A stretch of DNA of 26,089 bases from Chloroflexota bacterium (lineage in GTDB: Bacteria > Chloroflexota > Dehalococcoidia > Plut-88900). The position numbers were made by a program, and so were the translations under genes. The stretch lies in assembly GCA_022566235.1 (NCBI GenBank), contig JADFJI010000001.1:1-26089 (forward strand). The letters run 5' to 3'. Every line of letters starts with the position of its first letter. The first letter of the stretch is position 1. Shown here piece by piece: positions 1 to 8,388 of the stretch. Below the pieces are notes generated by a model. That model saw only the letters and a list, made by a program, of their open reading frames with translations, did not search any database and had not been told where the DNA came from.

Positions 1-136
1 ACCGGGAGGGTAGAGGGGCGGACCAGCGAGGGTTATTAAGACAACGAAGTGGCTAAAGGCAGTAACCGAAGCAGTTGATAAGCTGATCTCCGACCATCGG
101 AATAACGCCGTAACACGGATAGGGCAAGCCAGATTA

Positions 137-778
137 GTGGCCACTGCCGTCCATCTCCGCCAAGACCTCAGCAAGAATGAAAAAGGCAAAATATTGCGTC
201 GTTGGGAAAACGTGACCTTCCGCATATATGGCATGTTTGACAAGGATGCTCGAACGGCTGTAGGCGAATACGTTAGGCTCGCCTGGCGAATTGTTAATAA
301 GAATATCTCTGTCAGTAAGATTCTGGAGGAACTATCCGAAATAGGAGCTGAGTTCCCTATTGATGGGGCCGTAAAGAATATGCGCAAACGTAATTGCTAT
401 TCAGACTGGCAACAACAGCTTCGTTATTTTCTCTTTAGGTATGAGGAGCATTTAGCTGGAGAGGCCGGACAGGGCTTCAATAACGAACAGTGGAACCGTA
501 TTTGGGAGGCTAGCGCTGCTGATTCCATCGAACACATCCTCCCACAGAGTTCGGAATCTAAGTGTGTCCATTGGCTCGGCAATTTACTTATGCTACCGCC
601 GAAACTGAACTCTAAGTTAGGTGCAAAGCCTCCCAAAGCAAAGGCAGGCGAGTATGCGAAGACGGGTCTCCTAGCGGCCCAGGAGGTGGTGGATAGACTC
701 CCTAGGTGGCGACGGCGTGCAATCGAGGACCGCGAGACTAAGTTGCTACAATGGGCTTTACAGGAGTGGGCTGACTAG
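137..778 (+). CDS. C-terminal part of a GmrSD-family (DUF262-DUF1524) restriction/HNH nuclease; 5'-truncated
   Basis: HNH-type motifs SIEHILPQS and WLGNLLMLPPKLNSKLG typical of DUF1524. The frame is open from 14, with an in-frame TAG at 11-13 and no DUF262 domain. Sampled lines are about 42-48% GC versus about 60% in neighbouring genes. Confidence 0.8.
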   Translation: MATAVHLRQDLSKNEKGKILRRWENVTFRIYGMFDKDARTAVGEYVRLAWRIVNKNISVSKILEELSEIGAEFPIDGAVKNMRKRNCYSDWQQQLRYFLFRYEEHLAGEAGQGFNNEQWNRIWEASAADSIEHILPQSSESKCVHWLGNLLMLPPKLNSKLGAKPPKAKAGEYAKTGLLAAQEVVDRLPRWRRRAIEDRETKLLQWALQEWAD

Positions 779-980
779 GTATACCGATCGAGACCATCAA
801 GGAATTGTAAGCTCGGTAGCTGGCCCGTGGTACAGGGAGCAAGGGGATTGGTTTGGAATAGAGCTTCTTCCGTCTGTGTTGCAGATATTGCTCGCCTCAC
901 GGCACCTTAACCCGTCCAATAACGACCTTTGACCCAAAAGCATTGCGGGTATTGGCCACCCCGACCTGCGACTAGCTCCA

Positions 981-1035
981 TTCGACAAGTCCCGATACTC
1001 GGGACAAGCTCCCTTCGACTAGCTCAGTACAGGCT
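981..1035. repeat. Nested REP-like repeats: a TTCGACAAGCTC core interrupted by a 17-bp palindrome (989-1005), followed by a second unit CCCTTCGACTAGCTCAG
   Basis: The 17-mer is identical to 8190-8206. TTCGACTAGCTCA (1014-1026) is the exact reverse complement of 14555-14567. Confidence 0.85.
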
Positions 1036-1116
1036 AGTTCAATATGAGCGGGTTATTTTCACACACAACCCAACCTAGGCATCACTAGAAGGAGCGGCCT
1101 TCAAGGAGAATTTAAC

Positions 1117-2415
1117 ATGAGGCTGGAGCTTGCCGAGTTCGCCGTAAAGGATATTGTCTTCTCGGATTCGACCCATCTGTCCGACGGAGTTCTGTACGTA
1201 TCCCGGGAAGAGGTCCGCGATATCGTATTGCAGGACAGCCACTTCTCCAGCGTCGAGATGGACGTGGCCCGACCTGGGGATGAGACCCGAATCATCAACA
1301 TCCTGGACGTAATCGAGCCGAGGCGTAAGGTGTCGGGCCCCGGCACGGTGTTCCCGGGGGTGATCGGGCCTCCTACCACGGTAGGGGAGGGCAAGGACCA
1401 CACCCTGAAGGGCATGGCCCTAATCACCACAGGCCCCCCGGCCCCGGGTGAGGCCATCCACTGGCGAGATGGAATAATAGATATGTGGGGCGTAGGGGCC
1501 CGGTACACCCCCTTCTCCTCCACAGTAAACCTGGTGCTCCAGTTGAAGGGCAGGGAGGACTTCTCACCCGAAGAGCGGGAGCGGCTGGAGAGGATCGATG
1601 TTATAGACGGCTCTGCCTATGCCCAGGATTACAACAGGGCGGCCCGGGCCGCGGGCTTCCGGGTGGCGGAACACCTGGCCTCGGCCACCGGGGAGTCGGT
1701 GCCGGCCAGGGTCAAAACCTTCCACCTGGAGCCGCCCTCGACTTCCCTGCCCAGAGTCGCCTACATATGCCAGCTACATCGGGACCGGTGGCTGTACGGG
1801 GAAAAGATGGGCTGGCAACCCACCTTCCTTCACCCTAACGAGATGATGGACGGGGCCGTATTCAGCAGCTTCATGGGTCCGGCCAGTTCCCGGGACTGCT
1901 CTTATGTCTACCAAAACAATCCCATAGTGGCGGACCTCTACCAGCGTCACGGCAAGGAGATCGACTTCATAGGGGTGCTGGTCTGGTACTACGGCCCAAT
2001 GAGTTTGATGGAGAAGGAGCGTATCGGAGGATTCGCCACCAAACTACTCAGGATGCTGGATGTGGATGGGGCAGTGATGACCTGGATCGGGGACGGCCAA
2101 TCGGGTATAGACGTGATGATGATGTGCCAGAAGTTTGAGCAGGCGGGAATAAAGACCACCATGCTGAGCCCCGAGATGGCTAAGACCCCCGACGACCCGG
2201 GCTTCGTTCACTATGTTCCCGAGGCCGATGCCATCGTCAGCACCGGCAATTTCGAGGCGCCGGTGACATTAGAAAAACCCCAGACCGTGCTGGGCGGGAC
2301 TACTCTTTCAGTTCCCCACGTAGACGCATCGGGGCCCCTCTCCCTATCGGTAAGGTACATGTACGACTCGGTGAGCCCTCTGGGATACTCCAACCTGGCC
2401 GGCGTCATCTACTGA
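1117..2415 (+). CDS. Glycine/sarcosine/betaine reductase component B subunit-like protein (GrdE/GrdG/GrdI family), copy 1
   Basis: N-terminus MRLELAEFAVKDIVF, plus ARPGDETRIINILDVIEPRRKVSG, HPNEMMDGA and YVYQNNP, match the GrdE family layout. AAGGAG RBS upstream. Confidence 0.88.
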   Translation: MRLELAEFAVKDIVFSDSTHLSDGVLYVSREEVRDIVLQDSHFSSVEMDVARPGDETRIINILDVIEPRRKVSGPGTVFPGVIGPPTTVGEGKDHTLKGMALITTGPPAPGEAIHWRDGIIDMWGVGARYTPFSSTVNLVLQLKGREDFSPEERERLERIDVIDGSAYAQDYNRAARAAGFRVAEHLASATGESVPARVKTFHLEPPSTSLPRVAYICQLHRDRWLYGEKMGWQPTFLHPNEMMDGAVFSSFMGPASSRDCSYVYQNNPIVADLYQRHGKEIDFIGVLVWYYGPMSLMEKERIGGFATKLLRMLDVDGAVMTWIGDGQSGIDVMMMCQKFEQAGIKTTMLSPEMAKTPDDPGFVHYVPEADAIVSTGNFEAPVTLEKPQTVLGGTTLSVPHVDASGPLSLSVRYMYDSVSPLGYSNLAGVIY

Positions 2416-2450
2416 GCCGAATTCGCGGTAATGGCAGAGAGAAACATCCA

Positions 2451-3746
2451 GTGAAGCTGGAGATGGCAACCTTCCGAGTCCGTGACGTGGTCTTCTCCGA
2501 TGCCACCAGCCTGTCCCACGGGGTCCTCCATGTCGATAGGTCAAAAGTAGTCGAGCTGGTCACCGAGGGTCATCGATTCGCCGGAGCGGGGGTGCACCTG
2601 GTACGGCCTGGAGAGTCGGCCCGCCTTATCAACGTGCTGGATGCGGTGGAACCTCGATACAAGGTCTCCGGCCCGGGGGCCGTATTTCCGGGGGTCCTGG
2701 GACCACCCGTGACCGTCGGCCAGGGCCGGACCAACCGGCTGGCCAATCTCGTCGTCATGGTCACCAGCGAGCCCGTGCCCGATGAGCCCGTCTACTGGCG
2801 AGACGCCGTCCTGGATATGTCAGGCCCCGGCGCCGACTATAACCTCTTCTCGAACCATCTGATCCTGGTAATAGAGCTGAAGCCCTGCCTTGCCGATAGC
2901 AGGCCCGAGGCCAGGGGCCAGGTTACGACCAATCATGCCTGGGGCCCTCCCCACGTCCAGGAGCACAACATAAGCGCCCGGGCGGCGGGATTCCGGGTGG
3001 CGGAATACCTGGCCGAGTCTACCAGCAAGTTGACCCCCGATGAGGTCTCGACATACGAACTGGGACCGGCGGATGACAGTCTACCAAAGGTAGCCTGTTC
3101 ATCCCAGCTCATACTCCACCGTCTGTATGGCCAGGCCCTGGGCTGGCAGCCCACCTTCCTTCACCCCAACGAGCTAATGGACGGCTGCCTGTACAATCCT
3201 TATAACTCGCCCGCGTGCGGCAGGGAATCCACCTATTTCTTTCAAAACCATCCGGTCACTCAGCTGCTATACGGCAGGCACAACCGGGAGGTCAATTTCT
3301 TCGGGATGCTACTCCTTCGGTCCCAGGTCATATCATTGGAGGACAAGGAGCGGACCACCAGATACGCCGCCAAGCTTCTTCAAATGATGGGCATCGAGGG
3401 GCTGGTACTCACGTGGGCCGGGTCGGGGAACCCGGGTATGGATACCATGATGCTGGCCCGCAGGTGCGAACAGGTGGGGATCAAGACCACCGTCATCAAC
3501 TCGGAGATGTCCCTCACCCAGGACGACTCCGGGATAATCTATTTTCCATCCGAGGTAGACGCCGTGGTTTGTGCGGGAAACTACATGGAGTCCATCGCCC
3601 TTCCACCGGTGAAAAGGCTTTTAGGGGGAAGGAAGATAAACGATCCGGAGATGGAGGCCTCGGGCCCCTTATCATTGCCCCTGCGCTACCTGTATGGCGC
3701 CACCAACCTCACTGGGGCCAACCGGCTCTCCAGCATCTCATACTGA
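2451..3746 (+). CDS. Glycine/sarcosine/betaine reductase component B subunit-like protein, copy 2
   Basis: GTG start. Collinear paralog of 1117..2415, sharing ARAAGFRVAE and GWQPTFLHPNE blocks and the same C-terminal end point. Confidence 0.88.
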   Translation: MKLEMATFRVRDVVFSDATSLSHGVLHVDRSKVVELVTEGHRFAGAGVHLVRPGESARLINVLDAVEPRYKVSGPGAVFPGVLGPPVTVGQGRTNRLANLVVMVTSEPVPDEPVYWRDAVLDMSGPGADYNLFSNHLILVIELKPCLADSRPEARGQVTTNHAWGPPHVQEHNISARAAGFRVAEYLAESTSKLTPDEVSTYELGPADDSLPKVACSSQLILHRLYGQALGWQPTFLHPNELMDGCLYNPYNSPACGRESTYFFQNHPVTQLLYGRHNREVNFFGMLLLRSQVISLEDKERTTRYAAKLLQMMGIEGLVLTWAGSGNPGMDTMMLARRCEQVGIKTTVINSEMSLTQDDSGIIYFPSEVDAVVCAGNYMESIALPPVKRLLGGRKINDPEMEASGPLSLPLRYLYGATNLTGANRLSSISY

Positions 3747-3890
3747 TGCGGCAAGGCAGGGGGCCCCACTCCTGAGGCGTCGTAGTTTGAAGGCCGGTTT
3801 CGGATAGATTACCCTTTTTCAAGGCTGTATTCTAATAGCAGTGCTATAGGGCTTCTTTCCCAAGAACTGGTAATACAGAAAGCAAAATAG

Positions 3891-5009
3891 ATGACGACAC
3901 TTATCGATAGATCCACAACGCCCAGTGTTTCCGAGGAGAGCCGCTACTGGCAGGCGGTTCTGACCCGAGACCGCAGCTTCGATGGCTTTTTCGTCTACGG
4001 GGTCTCGTCTACCATGATCTACTGCCGCCCCATCTGTCCCAGTCGCCGTCCCCAGCGGGCCAAAGCTGCTTTTTTCTCGGGGCCCGAGGCCGCCGAGCTG
4101 GAGGGGTACCGGCCCTGCCGCCGCTGCCGACCCGACCAGGGAAGCCCTGATCAGCCACAGATAGAGATGGTGCTCAAAGCCTGCCGGTACATCCAACATT
4201 TGCAGGAGGAGACCCCCAGGCTTGCCCAACTCGCGGTGCAGATGAATGTTAGTCCCGGCCACCTGCAGCGGGTCTTTAAGCGCCTGATAGGGGTTACACC
4301 GCGCCAATACGCCGATGCCTGCCGCCGCGATCGGTTCAGGGTGCGGCTGAAAGAAGGAGGGAACGTAACCGCTGCGCTCTACGAAGCCGGTTATGGGTCA
4401 AGCAGCCGTCTCTATGAGCACTCGTCGGCCCATCTGGGCATGACCCCCGCCTCTTATGGGCGCGGAGGGCGAGGGGCAAGGATCGCCTACACCCTGGTGG
4501 ACTCGCCGATGGGACGCCTCCTCGTTGCGGCTACGAATCGAGGTGTATGTGCCGTTAAATTAGGCGACCGGGACTCGGAGCTCGAGGCCGACCTGAGGGC
4601 TGAATACCCCGCCGCAGAGCTTTATAGCGACCCGGCAAACCTCAAGGAGTGGGTCGAGACCCTGCTGGGCTACCTGCGTGGCGAGCTGCCCGACCTGGGC
4701 CTTCCCCTGGACATTAGAGCCACCGCCTTTCAGCGGTTGGTCTGGGAGCATCTCAGGTCAATCCCCTACGGGCAGACACGCACCTATCAGGAAGTGGCGG
4801 AAGCCCTGGGCCGGCCCAAGGCCAATAGGGCCGTTGCGAGGGCCTGCGCTACCAACCCTGTCTCGCTTGTGGTGCCATGTCATCGTGTGGTGCGCAAGGA
4901 CGGGGGCCTGGGCGGATACCGGTGGGGGTTGAATCGCAAGGAGCTTCTGCTGGCCAAAGAGCAAGCCCTGGCCTCCCCACCCCAAGCGCGCGCCAAAGTG
5001 ATGAAGTAG
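3891..5009 (+). CDS. ada: Bifunctional Ada regulator / O6-methylguanine-DNA methyltransferase
   Basis: Zn-binding YCRPICPSRRP and GYRPCRRCRP, an AraC-type HTH region, and a C-terminal PCHRV active site. Confidence 0.96.
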   Translation: MTTLIDRSTTPSVSEESRYWQAVLTRDRSFDGFFVYGVSSTMIYCRPICPSRRPQRAKAAFFSGPEAAELEGYRPCRRCRPDQGSPDQPQIEMVLKACRYIQHLQEETPRLAQLAVQMNVSPGHLQRVFKRLIGVTPRQYADACRRDRFRVRLKEGGNVTAALYEAGYGSSSRLYEHSSAHLGMTPASYGRGGRGARIAYTLVDSPMGRLLVAATNRGVCAVKLGDRDSELEADLRAEYPAAELYSDPANLKEWVETLLGYLRGELPDLGLPLDIRATAFQRLVWEHLRSIPYGQTRTYQEVAEALGRPKANRAVARACATNPVSLVVPCHRVVRKDGGLGGYRWGLNRKELLLAKEQALASPPQARAKVMK

Positions 5010-5053
5010 ATGAGCAGGAGGTGGGTTCCGGCCCCTGCTCCCGAGACCCGGGA

Positions 5054-5443
5054 CTAAGCGGGGTTTGGCACCAAACAGAACTCGTTGCCATCGAGATCGG
5101 CGACCACCACCCACCGCAGACCAGATTCCTCCACAACCGCCAGCTTTCGGCCGCCCAGGGCCTCAACTCGCTTGAGGGCCACGTCTACATCCGTCACGTC
5201 GATATCCAGGTGGACTCGAGTCTTGCTCGTCTTCTTCTCCGGGACCTTCTGCAGGTATATGATCGGACCGCCCTTTTGTTTTTCATAGAAGATGTACGGG
5301 CCGTCTCTCTCAGCCTCTTTCAGGCCCAGGACAGCCGACCAGAACCGGTCCGAGCGGTCTAGGTCTTCGACATCGATGCCGATCAGGGCAAGGGCTCCTA
5401 TCGGCCCTTCATTAGGACTATCGCTATTTTTTGTGGAACTCAA
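5054..5443 (-). CDS. VOC/glyoxalase family protein
   Basis: IGIDVEDLDRSDRFWSAVLG, RVHLDIDV and DLDGNEFCL motifs. TTG start with GGGGAG RBS. Confidence 0.88.
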   Translation of the reverse strand: MSSTKNSDSPNEGPIGALALIGIDVEDLDRSDRFWSAVLGLKEAERDGPYIFYEKQKGGPIIYLQKVPEKKTSKTRVHLDIDVTDVDVALKRVEALGGRKLAVVEESGLRWVVVADLDGNEFCLVPNPA

Positions 5444-5610
5444 AGATTGGTCTCCCCTCTGTCATACAGACACCAATTGATTCCCTGCCGATTGTCGATT
5501 TTCGCCTAGGCAAGGGTGATTCAGCCAAAGGCCCTGATGCCCGGGTCACGATTTACGCCTTGAGAGGTCGTCTGCTGAACGATCTGTTTCAGCACCAATG
5601 ACCCAAGCCA

Positions 5611-6456
5611 CTATTCAGCCGGCTCTTCGGGTATTTCAGGCGGCTTCAAATACGTTCTCAGCACACCCAGTGAGTAGCCGACTCCAAAGGTCATGCCGCC
5701 TCCGACAATGAGACCCCTGACCCCGGCTAGCACCGACATCGGGGTTACTCCTGCCTGCTGCAGCACAACTGTTAGGGCCAAACCGGTCATGGCTCCTATG
5801 AAGGTGCTGAATATAGTCCGTTTCCATGCGGGCATGGGTAGGAACCTTCCCAACCCTCTAGGCCGTCTGCGTCTCAGCTGAACCTTTAGCTTTAGCTTGG
5901 CATTCATCCCGTTGGACGCAAGTGCTGAACTGGCAAGCGCTCCCGCTCCAGCTACCGCTGCGGTCGCCGTAGAGGCGGTAGCGATCACGCCGCCAAAGCC
6001 CCCGACCCGTAAATCGAATTCCACCGTGCATATCTCGATACCATCATCGATCAACGTGCCTTCTACTTTATAGAGGCCCCGAATATTCGAAGGGAGTTCA
6101 TCGTCCAAGTCAATCTCGACAGGGGCCGAGCCGGGCGTTGGGTCTATATCACGAGTAATCTCGCCGAGATCGAAGCCGAACCCTACTACCGTAAGCCTTA
6201 CCTCTCGCCGCTGAGGGGGTGGATTCGGGTCTTCGACGCTTATGCGAATAAAACCGTCAGGTTCTACTCGCAGCGTGTTGTCATCGAGTATTGGGAGGAT
6301 GAAGGGTGACGGCTCACCGCCCTCTATACGGATGGAAGCTCCATTACATTCATCCGTTTGGGCTGCTGCCTCGCCGGCGGTGAAGTGTGATAAGGCGAAA
6401 GCAGCGAGGAAGAATAAAGCCAGGGATAAAAACAGGGCAAGATTCAAGCGAGGCAT
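5611..6456 (-). CDS. Hypothetical exported/membrane protein
   Basis: 281-aa ORF with an N-terminal hydrophobic signal ending AAAQ, a soluble domain, an Ala/Gly-rich hydrophobic stretch, a Lys/Arg-rich loop and two C-terminal TM-like segments. Confidence 0.75.
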   Translation of the reverse strand: MPRLNLALFLSLALFFLAAFALSHFTAGEAAAQTDECNGASIRIEGGEPSPFILPILDDNTLRVEPDGFIRISVEDPNPPPQRREVRLTVVGFGFDLGEITRDIDPTPGSAPVEIDLDDELPSNIRGLYKVEGTLIDDGIEICTVEFDLRVGGFGGVIATASTATAAVAGAGALASSALASNGMNAKLKLKVQLRRRRPRGLGRFLPMPAWKRTIFSTFIGAMTGLALTVVLQQAGVTPMSVLAGVRGLIVGGGMTFGVGYSLGVLRTYLKPPEIPEEPAE

Positions 6457-6477
6457 ACACCCTCCTTCAGAATGATG

Positions 6478-7908
6478 CTAGCACATGGGCCGGGCGAGAA
6501 CACCCGAGTCGATCTTACGAGGCAACAGCTTGCCATCGCCCAGCTTCCCCAGGAGCCTGCCATTCTCCACCACCACCTCGCCTCGAAGGATGGTCATGAC
6601 GGGCCAGCCCTGGACCTCCCATCCCTCCCAGGGGCTGTAATCGCTTCCGTGGAAATCGGACAGCTCCAAACGCTTCTTGATGCCGGGGTCTATCAGGGCT
6701 AGATCGGCGTCGCTGCCGGGGGCTATGGCCCCCTTTCTGGGATACAGGCCCAGAATCCTGGCAGCGTTGGTGGAGGTGATCGCGACGAACCGTTCCAGGG
6801 ACATTCCCAGCTTCACCACGCCCTCGGTGTAGGCGATGCCCATGCGGGCCTCGACACCCTCGCTGCCCCCGGTGGTATCCCCTATGGTCTCGCCCCTCAT
6901 CTTGTTAGCCTTCGAGGTGAACAGCTCGTCGGTGGCTAGGGTGGAAAGGGCGCCCCCCAACAGGCCGTTCCACAGGGCCTTGCGGTCTTCCTCCGACTTC
7001 AGGGAAGGGTAGGTGTGGTAGATAGCACCCTCGGGCTTCTCATAGTCCTCGTGGGTGAAGGAGGCGTAGTGATGGAGGGTCTCGCCATAGATGGGCAGGC
7101 CCTTGCCTCGGGCCTCGGAGATAGCCTCGACCCCCTCACGGGCGCTCACGTGGACCAGATACAGGGCGCTCCCCATCCACTCGGCCAGGCGGATGACCCG
7201 TCTGAAGGAGATGTCCTCCGACATGTTGTTGTGGACGTGGTGCATGTACTTTCGCTGGACTCGCCCCTCATGCTTCAGCTTCTTATACATGAACATGACG
7301 ATGTCTTCGTCCTCGGCATGGACGGCCATGATGCCGTTGTTGGCGGCCACATGCCCCATCATCTCGGCCAGGTGACCGATGTCCGTCATCTGTCGAGGGC
7401 GATCGGGCGTGGTGTTGGTCGTCCATACCTTAAAGCTGGGGTATCCCGCCTCTATGACCTCCTTGATCTGCTCCATGACCCCGAAGGGTAGGTCTCCCTT
7501 GGTGGAGTAGAGGGCGCAGTGGTAGGAGTAATCGGCATAGCTGTTGCCCTTGAAAATCTTCTCCTTGCCTTCCAGGGTCTGGAACAGGTCCTCTCCAGGC
7601 TCCCAGTAAGCGAAGTCTACAAGGGTGGTGGTGCCCCCGAAGAGGCAAGCGCGGCTTACCTCCTCGGGTCCCCCGGTATACAGCTTCTCCTCGGCGGCGG
7701 TGGGAATCATCCATGAGCAGTGGGTGTGGGGCTCGACTCCCCCGGGCACGACTATCTTGCCGGCCGCGTCTATGACCCGGGCCACATCCTGGGTCAGGAT
7801 GCCGGGCTGGGCAACGGCCACGATCTGCTCCCCCTTCACCGCGATGTCCCACTCCCCGACGCCCCACGGGGCCACAACTCGTCCCCCTCTAACGATCAGG
7901 TCCAGCAT
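6478..7908 (-). CDS. Dihydropyrimidinase/hydantoinase-like cyclic amidohydrolase
   Basis: MLDLIVRGGRVV start (ATG 7908, GGAAGGA RBS), PGGVEPHTH, SFK (carbamylated Lys position), HAED, HVS, ATD and GAIAPGSDADL motifs. Confidence 0.9.
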   Translation of the reverse strand: MLDLIVRGGRVVAPWGVGEWDIAVKGEQIVAVAQPGILTQDVARVIDAAGKIVVPGGVEPHTHCSWMIPTAAEEKLYTGGPEEVSRACLFGGTTTLVDFAYWEPGEDLFQTLEGKEKIFKGNSYADYSYHCALYSTKGDLPFGVMEQIKEVIEAGYPSFKVWTTNTTPDRPRQMTDIGHLAEMMGHVAANNGIMAVHAEDEDIVMFMYKKLKHEGRVQRKYMHHVHNNMSEDISFRRVIRLAEWMGSALYLVHVSAREGVEAISEARGKGLPIYGETLHHYASFTHEDYEKPEGAIYHTYPSLKSEEDRKALWNGLLGGALSTLATDELFTSKANKMRGETIGDTTGGSEGVEARMGIAYTEGVVKLGMSLERFVAITSTNAARILGLYPRKGAIAPGSDADLALIDPGIKKRLELSDFHGSDYSPWEGWEVQGWPVMTILRGEVVVENGRLLGKLGDGKLLPRKIDSGVLARPMC

Positions 7909-7984
7909 GGCAAGTCCTTCCTGCACTCTCGCAGTCTTAGGTCAGGTCGTCTCCCTATAGGCTTTACCAGAGGTGGTGTAGAAA

Positions 7985-8053
7985 CCCTCACCCCCTCTGT
8001 CCCCCTCTCCCCCTTCGGCAAGCTCAGGGCATGCTTGGGAGGGAGAGGGGGAG
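7985..8053. repeat. REP-like hairpin TCCCCCTCTCCC/GGGAGAGGGGGA with a CCTTCGGCAAGCTCAGGG unit inside its loop
   Basis: Perfect 12-bp stem, 8000-8011 with 8041-8052. The inner TTCGGCAAGCTCA (8014-8026) matches the repeat core at 1014 and 14512. Confidence 0.85.
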
Positions 8054-8065
8054 AAAATAAATATG

Positions 8066-8219
8066 GTCCCGACTAGTCGGGACATACCCGCCACCATCCC
8101 GACTCATCGGGATGGAATCCCCCCGAATGGGAGTGGGGGACACCTTTCAATAGATTCAGGACAAGCCCCCAAACCCCCGGTCCCGACTCGTCCCGATACT
8201 CGGGACTCGGCGTCGGGAC
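8066..8219. repeat. Cluster of TCCCGA-N-TCGGGA short palindromes
   Basis: GTCCCGACTAGTCGGGAC (8066-8083), CCATCCCGACTCATCGGGATGG (8094-8115), and a nested pair at 8180-8219 containing the 17-mer at 8190-8206. Confidence 0.9.
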
Positions 8220-8388
8220 ACTTCCCTTTTCAAGAAGCTTCTTTAACGGCCTGCAAATTTGGTTCCAGGGACTGCTATCAACCATAAGTCCTCCGACCTC
8301 GGCCTCCGTTCATTCAGATAACGGACCCCTCCGGATCGAGGCCTTTTGGCACTCTTCCATGCGGGCAACGTTGTCCGAGCTACGGCAG

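Noticed and set aside
779-980. Small ORFs 717..932 (+) and 797..988 (-)
   Set aside because: They have no RBS or recognisable motifs, and they overlap the nuclease end or the repeat.
2413-2454. Selenocysteine read-through at the TGA stops of the GrdE-like genes
   Set aside because: Both paralogs end at the same aligned residue (GVIY/SISY). Read-through of copy 1 hits another TGA at 2452-2454, out of frame with copy 2.
3825-3841. SOS box-like CTG...CAG upstream of ada
   Set aside because: The spacing is N11, not N10, and the proteobacterial box is not expected in this lineage. No GAAC-N4-GTTC was seen.
3872-3890. Ada box (AAT...GCAA) upstream of ada
   Set aside because: The spacer is 7 nt rather than the 6 nt of the E. 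coli site, and the motif abuts the start codon instead of lying upstream of a promoter.
5573-5594. Intrinsic terminator TGCTGAA-N8-TTCAGCA after the membrane protein gene
   Set aside because: The hairpin is present but there is no U-tract on the relevant strand, so it was not called.
8066-8219. Possible CRISPR array (repeated palindromes)
   Set aside because: The units differ in length and sequence, the spacing is irregular, some are nested, and no cas genes are present.
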